NCBI GenBank assembly: GCA_973895155.1
Contig: OZ316892.1
Span: 28,836,932 to 28,900,931, forward strand
Reading direction: 5' to 3'
Length of the DNA: 64,000 nt
Source of the DNA: Marsupella aquatica
Taxonomy: Eukaryota; Plantae; Marchantiophyta
Both the position numbers and the translations under genes were made by a program. The first letter of the stretch is position 1, and each line of letters starts with the position of its first letter. Of this stretch, positions 1-12,128 are shown piece after piece. The notes under the pieces are model-generated. The model was given only the letters and a program-made list of their open reading frames with translations. It searched no databases and was not told where the DNA came from.

Positions 1-281
1 GGGTCCTTTTTTTGTGATGTGTGCATGCTTTTTGTCAAAAAACTTAGACCTCCTGATTAGTGGTCTAAAAAACTTGAGCAAAGGGCCGCTTCTTTTTCAA
101 GGAATTGCATTTCGTACTTTCATACCTTACACATTATTTTTGGTTCAGGCATTTTAACTTTTGTGCGTGGAAGTGGTCATCAGCTTTGCTCTGGATGGAG
201 AGACACTGAACTGCCTGCACCACATTGTAAAGCCCCCCTTAGCCCAAGGTGATGGGGACCCACCTTGTGAACTGGTGGCTT

Positions 282-608
282 TGTTGGGAAAACCCCAAAA
301 AAATCAGGACACAATAAACAAGCATGCACACATACCGAGATACATGGTTCACCTTAGTCAAGGCTACATCCATGGGAACACAAAGGGGCTTTACTAAGTT
401 TTGACCACCATGGCCACACAAAGCCTTGTAGCTCTCCTCCTAGCACCTAGCTAACTCTCTCAGCAATGACCACGACTCTCCAAGAAGAGCTCTCCCAAAC
501 CCCTCTATATGCTAGATGCAAGAGTCATGGCTAATCACCATTAACACCCTAATGGAGATTTAGCCTAAGTAACAAGAAGTTAACCTGAGACTAGAGTTAA
601 CCCTAACA
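282..608 (-). mobile_element. Solo LTR, copia-type
   Basis: TGTT...AACA termini with a perfect 5-bp TSD GGCTT (277-281, 609-613). The core 'gatacatggttcacct...aggctacatccatgggaacac' is the reverse complement of part of the copia LTR at 53239-53580. Confidence 0.85.
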
Positions 609-3600
609 GGCTTCCCTGTGTTTTGTTTCAGTCCATTTTGTTGGTCTTTGATGCCTATGCAGGTTGCTTCCCTATTGTTGTCTTGGCCTCATGGCTCCTT
701 TACTTTGGTTGTCCTTTCTTAAAATTTGATGGGTATCCAAAATGGGCCAAAAGAAAACCTAAAAGTTGATTGTATGAATTCTCAGTCAACCTGAATAGCT
801 GTCATTATGCTCCGGAAACACAAGGGGAAACACCAGCTAATGGTCCACATTCAGTGTATCTACTGGGTCAAACCAAGAGGTGCATGAATATCCTAGAGTA
901 GTGTAATTTGTAAGGTTTCCTTTTTTCCAGGATGGCAAATGTCACTTTTTTGAAGCAGAAGATGCTACGAGTATTCCTTGCCTAGTTTTTCCTGGACTAG
1001 CTTATGGACCATCAGATCTCCTTAGATTTAAGGATACCTGTTACATTCCTGCTAGTGAGGTTTGTGACTAGGTGCAACTGGAAGACAAAAAACCTACTAA
1101 ATTTCTGCCAAAGAGTTTAAGAGAGGTGGAATCTAGAGAATTTTGGCACAAAAAAAAACTGTCTTCAAGCCACTCGCATCAAAGGTGTGCTTAGAATGCA
1201 ACCAGGATGTACCAACGGAAAATATTCTTTAATAGTATGTGAGTAAAGTGCTATCCGTCCTGGTTCCACAGTCCATGGGAGCAAATTCTTCAACGTCACC
1301 GTCCATCAGGGAAATCTAAACGCTATGCAAACTTAAAAATCCTGTCCCATCTTAGTAAATAGAATGATACTCAGATGGACCACAATATGTAACTGAGCAG
1401 CTCCAATGGACCTCGAAACTTTTGAGCCCCACGAGTGTCACCATTAACTCAAGGAAAAGTACTGTACTATCTCAAGCTCCAAACATTGTTTGAAAACTGT
1501 TCATGAACGTTGAAACAGTCCATCCCAGCTACTTGTGAGACATCGTGGTCCATTGGAGTCTCTTTTTGAAACTTATAAGTTATAACTTTAAACTACTAAA
1601 CGTTATCTATCACACTGCAAAAGAATAAGTTGAGCCCAAAACGGGGATACAAGGTCACACAAGCAAAACTGCAAAAGGCCCAATTAAAGGGAGGCCAACA
1701 AATAACCCAAACAAGTAAAAAATGAGAAGAATTTCAAACCAGATTTATGAGAATGACGGCGCACCTTACAAGCGACAAAACTCATTAGAATTGGCGGCCC
1801 GTAACGGCCCCTAAGTGAGAACCTACGCTGTTAACTAATAATTTATTGGAGCCCTACCTTTGCTACAAACAACACACCAAGCTACAAATCGTCAAATCTG
1901 GTTTGTCCTTTGTTTGGCTGCACGATCCACTGTACTCCCAAACAGTACAAACTACAGTACACTCCGTTGGCAACAGTCAGTAACTTCCCGATCGTCGGCC
2001 ACAGTCCCGTTTGGAAAGATGTCAGTATGTAAGCCATTTGATTGGGGTGCGTTCGAGAATCGATGTTAAATATTGTAGAGCATCTCCAACTGTTACTACA
2101 ATTGGGTCTTGATTAAACCACCGGCTAAAATGTAAAAAGTATTATTGTACACACTGGGATTTCAGGCTAGGCATTTTTGACCATGTTATACTATACGGTG
2201 TGAAATACAATTTTCATGTTTTGTCATGATATTTTGTGTTTAATATTTTAATTTTAATGTGCCTTAACAAAGTGGATCATGTTTTGTCTAATTCAATTTT
2301 TGTGTTCGATATTTTGATTTTAATGTGCTTTAACAAGGTGAGTAATTTATATCAATTAGATTTTTGAATGAAATTTTCTACCACTTTTAATTTTAGTTAA
2401 CTTAAAGTATTTTGAATTTATTTTTGTCTACCCCATAAATATTTAATTTTTTCTTTATAATCACTCCTTATTAAATTCTATCTTTTCTTTTGAGAGTGAC
2501 AGAAATGTTTTTGACCAATGTGCATATATGGTGTACTAAATTATCTTTGTGATTAACTTTACAAAATTTATGATTTTATTTGAAGTGACTCTCATTATCT
2601 AGAAGCAAGTGAAAATCTGTAACATATGTACGCAATTGATTGCACAACTATTCAGTATCTTTGTACTTTACTGGTCATTATGTTGTTTTCTTTCGCTTGT
2701 ATACTTATGATTCTGAATCACTCATTCTTCCTTTAAACATATATTATTTTCTTGGGGTGTATTTTATATATAGTCTTTTTTTATCATAAATAAATTAGAT
2801 GAATTACATATCACTATAAGACAAAAAATAGGCATGTTCTTGAATAAACATGCTATATTGTCCACACTTGGATTTCAGGCAAGAAATGTGGTTTATTGGG
2901 TTTTACATAGTGTCTAGAAGGACAATAAAAATGATGTTTCCATGGACCACAAAGATGGTCATTGAAAACTCCCATGGATTGCACTTTTCAAAATCTGAGT
3001 TTAATTGTAATAACTTAATGTTCATACATTCAATATTTTTTAGTTGTGAGGATATGGTAAAGGGGTGATAATAGTTTTTTGATCATTTTGGTTGAATTAT
3101 TCATTGTGTAATGTTAGGGGTAAATTTTTTTAGATGAATTTTTACTGTGTGTTAATATAAAGTATTAGGGCTACTGTTTTTAATCCCTCCTGCTTTTCTA
3201 CTTGCCTTACAAGTGTAAAACAATTTTTTTTTTTAATACACCCATCGACCACCAAAGTGTGGGAACATTGTGTCCCTCATGCTGATTTTATTTTTGAGAA
3301 GACAATACACCGTAAACCTTTTATTAAGCTCATCATTACTTTTTCAAGATTATAATCTACAAGAATCGGCTGAATTTCATTTGACACGACTGTACTTACA
3401 CTACAATAAACTAAGAAATTGGGTGTTATGAGACCCTATATTTATTCCTCGCCGTAACCAAATCCAGTAACCATTATTGAGATGTCTACGATGACGCACG
3501 TCTGTCGACGTCACCCGGGAATGATACTAAAATGGTCCAGCACTCCAGAACGATATCTTTTTAGGGGTCTGCTAAAGGCGGTCGGGGTCCCGGGGGTCCA

Positions 3601-4853
3601 GGGAGAGAATCATGTCCAGGTGCGTCCCCCCTGGCGGGGCTGGGAACCAGGTCTTTTGCCGGGGTTCGACCGGGGCGACCGGGGCGACCCCTGTCCTCTG
3701 CTTCGAGCTGTCGAAAGGCCGAACGAAGAAGCCAGAACGAGAGGAGAAAAAGCTATGGAAGCTGCGGCAACACCTCCGCCTCCTTCCTTCCTGGCGGGCC
3801 AAAGTAAAAGGAGCTGAGGTGGGGGAGCACTCAGCGTCTCAGCGACGGGGTGGTGCATTGACGTGAGCGAAGGGGAGATTGGGTGCTTTGGTTAGAGATT
3901 GATCGATCGGGCGATTCAGTCAGCTCGTCGTTTATCTACTCGCATGCGCTGAGCCTTCATTTGCGTTACTCGTCTGTGCAGATATTGGAGCGGAGAAGTG
4001 TCACCAAATTGAGTGAGAGGTGATGACCGGAAACGAAACTCTCTTGTCAATTTCTTCTCATTATTCTATGCCCTTCTTCCGCCCCTCTTCCTCGTACTAA
4101 GGGCCGTGCATTTCCCCTGGTCCCTTCTCGCCTCTCTTCGTGCTGTTAAAAGCTTTCGGGAGAGTGTATATTAGTAAAGTTGTCTCTCTTCTCTCTGTAT
4201 TTTGAGAGCCCAGAAGCAAATTTCTGTAGGCGGAGCGGAGTCGTCTGGACTGATGCGCATTTGGTTTTGTGGTTGAGTGGAGAAAGAGAAACTTTTTGCC
4301 ACTGCTAGTGGCTTGGGAAATGTTTTAGGATAGTTCAGCAGTCGTCGAGACACAACGACAGTCCGCTTTTTGTTTGTTAACAAGGGGGGATTACTTTCTT
4401 GGAGAGGCCGCGATGTGTCGGACACTGGCGTGAGAGTTTTGAGTGGCGCTGGTTGAGAAGGTATTAATCGGTTTCCAGATTGAAATTTGTCAGGTTGCGG
4501 GAGGCTTGTCAGTGGTATCTCTGGCAAGAGGGACCAGTGTCGTATAGATAACCGAGAGATATCCTGCGGAGTGGTCGGAGAGCCGCTCATTATTTTGAAG
4601 AAAAGCCCAATCGAAGCGGAAGAAGCAGCCTAGTGTGTAGGGGGAGCGCAATCGGCGGGGTGTGCTGCTCGGAGCCGAGAAGGGAGCGATCTCACAATAG
4701 TATTTGTGCTCTGTTTTGATACACTCAACTGCCTAGTGACTGAATTGTTTAGGTGAGGAGCAAGGAAACGGCGAGTTCGCTTTGCCGTGGAGAAAAGGTT
4801 GGGCAAGGACTGAAACTCCGCGAGAAGGTCGGTAATCTTTGTGAGCGATCACG

Positions 4854-7734
4854 ATGGCGGCTGTAGCGGCAGGCGTCGTGGGAGGACTGCTGTCAGTTAG
4901 TAATGGTCTGCGGACCGGATCCCGTTGTCCCAAAGTGGCCCCTTCGTCAGTTGCCACTTCAGCTTTCGTTTCTCTCCGAAGGAATCCACTCTTACCTGCC
5001 ATTCCCTCCAGCAAAAGGCAGAGCAGGAGAGCAATCAAAGTTCGAGCGGCCTTGATTGAGCCTGATGGTGGACAACTGGTCGATTTAATTGTTCCTGCTG
5101 AGGAGAAAGCGGCGAAGGTGGACGAGGCGAAGACTCTTCCTCAAATTCAGATCACGAAGATTGATCTCGAGTGGGTTCATGTGGTGTCGGAAGGATGGTC
5201 CAGCCCGTTGAGGGGATTTATGAGGCAGGGCGAGTATTTGCAGGCTCTTCACTTCAACGTAATGAGGGCCCCTGATGGGACCTTGGTGAACATGTCGATC
5301 CCCATTGTGCTGGCCATCGATGATGCTCAAAAGGACAGTATTGGTAGTCAAATGGCGGTAACTCTTGTGGGCCCCTCCGGAAATGCCGTCGCCATTTTGC
5401 GCAAGTGCGTTCGCTCCCACATGTATTTTGATCGTAGTATGCGAGTCATGATGTGCTTGCTTGATGTTGTGTTCATGGGGGTTCAGCTTGATGTTTGTGA
5501 GTTTTGGAGTTCCTGGGTGCTGGTTTTTCTTTTCGAAAGGAGTGGAGTTCGACGGTGGAGCTTTAATTCGGTTGAATTTGTCCCATGCATGTACTCATTA
5601 GTAGTTTCCCTTTTTTTAAATGGTTCTCGCTACCAGGTTTAAATCTACAGTATTGTTCGGTCTACTTCGTGAAATAGAACTCTCTTTTGCACTTTTTTCC
5701 CATTTGGCAAGCTTATCTTGCCTGGAAGTTGATATATCACGCTTGTGGGGGTCTTGGATGGTTGAATTGATACATTCATTCAGCTTGTTAAATATTCTTG
5801 AGTGTGTCCTGGAAAGCTTGTCTCGTGCGTTTGATCGACATCCTAGCTTGGTAGAGTCCGTTCTATGATGACTCTGACCTCGGTTAGGGATTGAACTTAT
5901 AATTTTCGTCTGCGTTGGCTGTCCCCTCCAATGTTAGTTGTGTGGATCTAGATGGCCAATAGGCTTCTTCTATCCTTGGTCCTGCTCGGATGATTTTCGA
6001 TTCTACATCCATTTTTCTCAGCTGTTAACCTTTGAGAAATGGACCCTCTTGCAGCATTGAAATCTATAAGCACAACAAAGAGGAGCGAATTGCTCGTGTG
6101 TGGGGAACCATCGCTCCTGGATTGCCTTACGTAGACGAAGCTATCACCAACTCTGGCAACTGGTTGATTGGTGGCGATCTTGAAGTACTAGAGCGAATCA
6201 AGTACAACGATGGCCTAGATGATTACCGTCTGTCTCCAGCAGAGTTGCGTGCTGAGTTTGAAAAGCGCAATGCTGATGCTGTCTTCGCATTCCAACTCAG
6301 AAACCCTGTGCATAATGGTCATGCTTTGCTCATGACGGATACTCGTAAAACCTTGTTGGAAATGGGATTTAAAAATCCTATCTTGCTACTCCATCCTTTG
6401 GGAGGATACACTAAAGCTGATGATGTACCATTGAACTGGCGTATGAAGCAACATGACAAGGTGGGTTTATCACTGTTTGTGAAATTAACCTGATTCATCC
6501 ATCCCATTTCCGGCGAGGTTTTACGAGTATCGGTCATGAGCAAAGCATGATCATTGCTCATGGGTCTTATACTCGCTAAACCTTGTCAACGATCCATTCC
6601 AACCTCTGTGTGACTTTTTTCTTTCTTTCAGTCTGAGCTGACTCTCTGGGACCCAACTGATACAGGTGTTGGAGGAAGGCATTCTGGACCCAGAGACCAC
6701 TGTCGTTGCGATATTCCCATCTCCCATGCATTATGCTGGACCAACTGAGGTGCAATGGCATGCAAAAGCACGTATCAATGCTGGGGCTGATTTTTACATC
6801 GTAGGCCGCGACCCAGCTGGTATGGGTCACCCAACTGAGAAACGTGATCTTTATGATCCTGACCACGGAAAGATGGTGCTTAGCACAGCTCCAGGACTTG
6901 AACGATTGAACATCCTCCCATTCAAGGTACTCAATAGATGGGTGTGTTTGAAGCTTTCTGTCATACGTTGCCATATTGATGATGTGATTTGTCTGAGACG
7001 TCATGGGTCTTGGGGTGAAAGTCTCTGCAATCAAATGCACCGTATTGCTTGTTACACTAATCTAGTAGGTCGGAGAGACTGGGGAAATATGATCACCATC
7101 CTCCAGTTATTAAATTATTCAGTGAACCTGTGCATTGTCCTGGATACGAGTATCATGCTTGTCATTAGGCGTACTGCACGGTGCCACAATCTATGCCCTT
7201 GTGCCGCCCTCTTCTCACTTGATCAACTGTTATTTGACATAGTTATGGGGTAAATGTGTGATTGTGCAGGTGGCCGCGTATGACAAGAAGGCTGGTCAAA
7301 TGGCATTTTTTGATCCATCTCGGGCAGAGGATTTCCTTTTCATCTCTGGTACCAAGGTGTGTTTAGGTCCAACATTCCCTTTTTAAATCTACTATCGCTT
7401 CGATTAGATTTGTACACGCTCTGCTTGAGGATGCGAGCAGGATTGCGTCCTATTGTCTGCCACAGCTGACATTTGCCTCTATATATAATCGTTTGACTAG
7501 GTTTAGGGGTCTCTAATTGTCTCTCATTTTGTGCGTTACGTGTTCTCGCTTATGCAGATGAGGAATTTTGCCAAAAGCGGGGAAAGCCTCCCAGATGGAT
7601 TCATGTGTCCTGGAGGCTGGCAAGTGTTAGTTGATTACTATCAAAGTCTCTCTACCAATGGGGCTGCAGTAGCTCAAGCAAAGCCTGCTGAGTCAGCAAA
7701 CTCTGTTCTACCTGGCAGCCCCGTAGCGGTCTAG
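4854..7734 (+). CDS. APS: ATP sulfurylase, plastid-targeted; exons 4854-5404, 6055-6460, 6666-6926, 7270-7356, 7558-7734
   Basis: Motifs [50 protein letters not shown] and GFMCPGGW. Ser/Arg/Ala-rich transit peptide. All four introns are GT-AG and phase-consistent. Confidence 0.97.
6501..6590 (+). repeat. Intronic inverted copy of APS exon 2 (6501-6555) followed by a degenerate direct copy (6554-6590); foldback hairpin
   Basis: 6501-6555 equals the reverse complement of 6314-6368 at 50/55 nt. The minus-strand ORF 6319..6561 re-reads [11 protein letters not shown]. Confidence 0.95.
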
Positions 7735-9205
7735 TAGGATTTATGTGAGCGTGTATCCGTAACTCAAGAAATTTTGTAGGATTGTTGATCATTGCATTGT
7801 CCGGGCCTTTGAGGCAAGTCATCCTGTAAATTATGTTTCGTTTGTAGACCAAGATGTAATTTAGGTCTCCCGAGCCTGGCCAGACAACCCAAGGAGATGG
7901 ATTTCATGCTCCTTTATCTTGCGAGCACATAGTTATCTACCTTGTCAACATAAGTTGACAAACTCGGGTTCTTGAGGAGAGAGACTTCATGGATAGTAAA
8001 TCTGTTATCCTTCATAATATTCAGGCCACTTGGAGTTTAGCACTTAATAAATCATCTCGCTGATATTTGCTATTGTCTAGATTACTTGGTGTTGAAAATA
8101 TTGTAGGCCACGGTGGGATGCTGTGAAGGCTTGGTAGGTAAAGCACATTTGTCCGGCTGGTTTATCAGATGATGCAGTTCGGCCATCTGGATGGGCCGAT
8201 GCTAAGGGGTTCGATAGCTATTCTGGCACTATGGGCTTATACGTTTCTGGCATATTGAGTTACTTCCTCTGTGTTTGCCCTGCTGGTAATCACACATCAA
8301 AATGTGACTGCATTCATTGATTGAAAGAAAAAAACTAAGGTTATCACGGTATGCAAGGGTGTCGAACATCGTAGATGTCATGTGTTTGTCTCCATCAATC
8401 ATCAGGACATTTTATCTCTGCTACACCGCTGTAGTCTGGCATTTAATGTGGGTTGGGTGGGTGACTCAGTATTTTTTGCTTTGACCATAACGGTATTTGA
8501 CTTGCGAGGATGACAGACTTGAATTGCCAACGTCACCGTTGTGTTTCATGAATGCCACCACCATTATCGAATAGCTTTCTCACTTGCCGACGCAAATCTC
8601 CAGTTCAGAACACTTTGCCGTCTCCTCAACCGCACTTATATCTTGAACCAGTGCCACAAGAGAGACCATTACCACTACGCAATACTCAACTGGTCCAATG
8701 TCTGCCCCCAAGTCTGCCATCATCAGCCGAACGCCAATCCTTCTATCTTGCGAACGCGTGTCACTGGGGAGATCTCGTGCAAGACAGACATTCTCAATCC
8801 TTTGCTAAACGCATCAAACACGTTCTGATGATGACACAAACCTGCAAGGGTTCTTCGTAGGGTCTAGTTTTGATTGGCCGGTTTAATGTGACGAGGCATC
8901 CCTGCGATATACAGGAATCGCCAATTATCGGTTCAAGCCATCTGTTCCTTGTCACCCAGACGAGATGTCACGATTTGTTAGAAATTTGACCTGCGAGGAC
9001 TATTCTTTCGTCTACCCGATCATTGGTCAAGAGCTCTCCTGACGTTCTTTTCTCTTGAACAGGTTGCCCTCGTCGGCCTCCATGTATCAACATCTCTACA
9101 GTGGATTAAGGAGCCGAAATGCAATTGAGAGGTGTGCATTTCCGAGAGCAATTGCACCATAAGCATGGAAAGTAAAAATTCGACTGAGCGTGTGTGTGCG
9201 GATTT

Positions 9206-10322
9206 CACGACTCGGGATTACAATGTCAGTGTATGGTACAAACGATTACACCGTCGGGATGACATCCATGATTACACGATCACTTTTGACTCGAGATTAC
9301 ACCCTATATAGCAAAGTGTGACATCCATGATTACACTATCACTTTTGACTCGAGATTACACCCTATATAGCAAAGTAAGTACAATTACATAGTGGGGAGC
9401 CAGGCTTTCACCCTCTTTAGTAAGACTCAGGCTTGGTTTTAGGGATTCCCATCAGGTTCCTTTGAGACCCTCCTTTGGGGTTTATTCCAAAGTTCTACCA
9501 GATTTTTCAGTTCTATGCTCTGCTTTGAGACCCTCCTCCCTCCTTGGTTTATTCTAGAGTTCTACCAGATTTTTCAGTTCTATGCTCTGCTTTGAGACCC
9601 TCCTCCCTCCTTTGCGGTTTATTCCAGAGTTTTACCAGATTTTTCAGTTCTATGCTCTCTTTGAGACCTATGCTCTCTTTGAGACCCTCCTTTGCGGTTT
9701 ATTCCAAGAGTTCTACCAGATTTTTCAGTTCTATGCTTAGTAGGATGTTAGCTTTCATGACTCCTTTACAGGTTGCATTTTAGTAGGCTTTTGGGTTAGG
9801 GACCCCTTCACTTGTTTTTTCTTGTCACCTTTTCTTTCCATTTCATTGGGTTGTTTTGCCTTTGGGATCTTGTCTTCAGATTATGATATATGGTGATAGG
9901 GTTAGGGACCCCTGCACTTGTTTTTTCTTGGGGCCCTTTCCTTCCCTTTTCATTGGGTTCTTTTGACTTTGTGATCTTGTCTCCAGATTTTTTGCCCTTG
10001 GGCACTATGATATATGGTGACATCCGCTTTCATTATACTGTTACTTTTGACTAGGAATTACACCGGTACTGTACCCTAAACGATTACATCATCGGGATAA
10101 CATCCAACATTATTACACTGTCACTCTTGAGTCGAGATTACACCGTCATTGTAACGTTGGAAAGATTACATCGTCATTGTAACGTTGGAAAGATTACATC
10201 GTCAACATGCAATCCACTCTTATTTACACTGTAACTTTTGACTGGAGATTACACCTTTATTGTAACGTAAGAACGACGATATCGTCGAGATGACATCCTA
10301 ATCGTTACTGTCACTTTTGACT
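9206..10322. repeat. Composite repeat block: GATTACAC-rich degenerate units (9206-9376, ~10040-10322) flanking other tandem arrays
   Basis: Repeated 'cacttttgactcgagattacacc'. There is a ~59-bp direct duplication at 9260-9376 and a 27-bp duplication at ~10143-10200. Confidence 0.7.
9461..9737. repeat. ~62-66 bp tandem repeat, 4 copies
   Basis: Unit tttgagaccctcct...gtttattccaragttctaccagatttttcagttctatgct. Confidence 0.9.
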
Positions 10323-12128
10323 GCCAAAATCTTTACACCTGCGCAAAGGGTGACTTCTGCAGGAAGCGCCGTGTTCTTTACCTTCGAGAGATCTTCACAC
10401 GACCTCTCAACCACAGCCAAGAGCCATGCGCCACTCCGGTGACGAAAGCTGCCTCCTGATTGAATCACTCAGTGCCTCTCCGATCTGGTTGAGAAAGTCC
10501 TGAAACCACGATGATTTATATTCCTGCAATTGGATTTTCGAATGTCAAGATTTGATCGATGATGCATAGCAAATAATCTCGAATTGAGTTATCTCTGGCC
10601 GTTGTCGAAGTCCTCCTCTCTTAGACGAGACGAATTTCTATTCTACGTGCGATGAGGCCAATTTTCGGAACAACAACAATTAATAGGACTGCACCGATAT
10701 GCGTTTGGCCCTGTTGCTAATGGGCGAGGATTCGACTGTTTTGAAGGGGGCGCGCCCTCTGCGACGGAGGAATAGGAGAAGGCGTGCAGGGCTGCAGGCT
10801 ACACACCTCTTTGTTTGGTCTCCAACACCGTCTCCAACACCGGCCAAAGGGAAGCTGATGAAATTCGTCCGTAACGATTTTTGAGGTTTCCGTCAGCGAT
10901 TGGAGTTCGCAAAACTTCGTCACCCGGCAGACTAAATAAATCTCAAATGGAAAGGTTTCATTCACGACAACCACATGCTGCAGATTGTCCCTATTCGTGG
11001 ATCGTCAGTTTTCATGTTAGATAACTGTCTTCTGCTCGCATACTTTGAAGATTAGCAGTGACGGTGTACAGCACTGAGCGCAGGCTTTTCGTAAAAAATA
11101 GCAGGATCGATTGGTGGCCTCTTGCCATGCCAGTGAATTCGCTGCCGAAGAGATCGTTCTTTGTGCGGCTCTTTGTGCTGCCGGCATGATTTGTGCGTCC
11201 GTCAGGAATCATGCCGGCTGCACAAATTTCCCACTTCTATCAAAAGCTTGTTGTCCCATTATGCACGGAAAAATTGTTATGCACGTCGCTGACTCTAACC
11301 TACTACGAAAAGGCTTGTATCAGACCACATGAAGATGGTTCCAAAGATTCCGAGGTTCAAGATGAGAAAAGGTATGCATCAAATGATGAGGATTCCGCAG
11401 AATCTACTGTAGCAGAATCTACTGTAGGATGAAAGGACTCGACCGAAAGATGAGGTTTCAGCAAAATGTTATGACGAGAGAGCCTTTGATCAAAGGATGA
11501 TACAGCAGAAGTTACACTCGAAAGACGGATTCGATCAAATGAAGAGCATCGAGCAGAGGTCAAAGATAAGAATGGGAATTCATCAGTTGAATGTTCTTCA
11601 GCAGAAGTTAAGATTTAAGATGACGGGATTCGATCGAGCGAAGATGATTAAAAATATCAAGATCGATCGGGCGAAAATTATTCAAAATATCAAGATCGAC
11701 CGAGACACTCTCGCTACTTGTGGTGAGCTGAAATCCGCTTCAACTCGCGTCTGTCGACAGTATCAGATTCCATGATTGCACACTTTTATAGAGCTGAGAT
11801 GCACGATAAGGGACTTTCGGACTGCCACATTGACCTTCTGTTTGTCCACACGCGGTCATCTTCATATTCAGCATCGAATTATCCATGTCGGGAGAACGTG
11901 TACACGTAGTTTGACTTCTGTCAACTGATCAAACAAGTCAATCGGCCTAGGAGATGCACTTTGTAAAAGCGTAGTAGCTGACAGCTTTTGGATACGGTCC
12001 TTTTAGCATACGGAATTTCCGAGTTGTTAACTCAGAATTGATTCTGATTCAATCTAGCTAACACGGGTGAACGATCATGATTGATTTCTAATGGCAAACG
12101 TGGATGGGGAACAGGAGGGGCTCAGTCA

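Noticed and set aside
6319-6561. Minus-strand 80-aa ORF containing [11 protein letters not shown] as a second APS gene
   Set aside because: It is a by-product of the inverted exon copy in intron 2; the rest is antisense to exon 2.
9461-9737. Tandem units as a CRISPR array
   Set aside because: Head-to-tail repeats without unique spacers, no cas genes, and a eukaryotic context.
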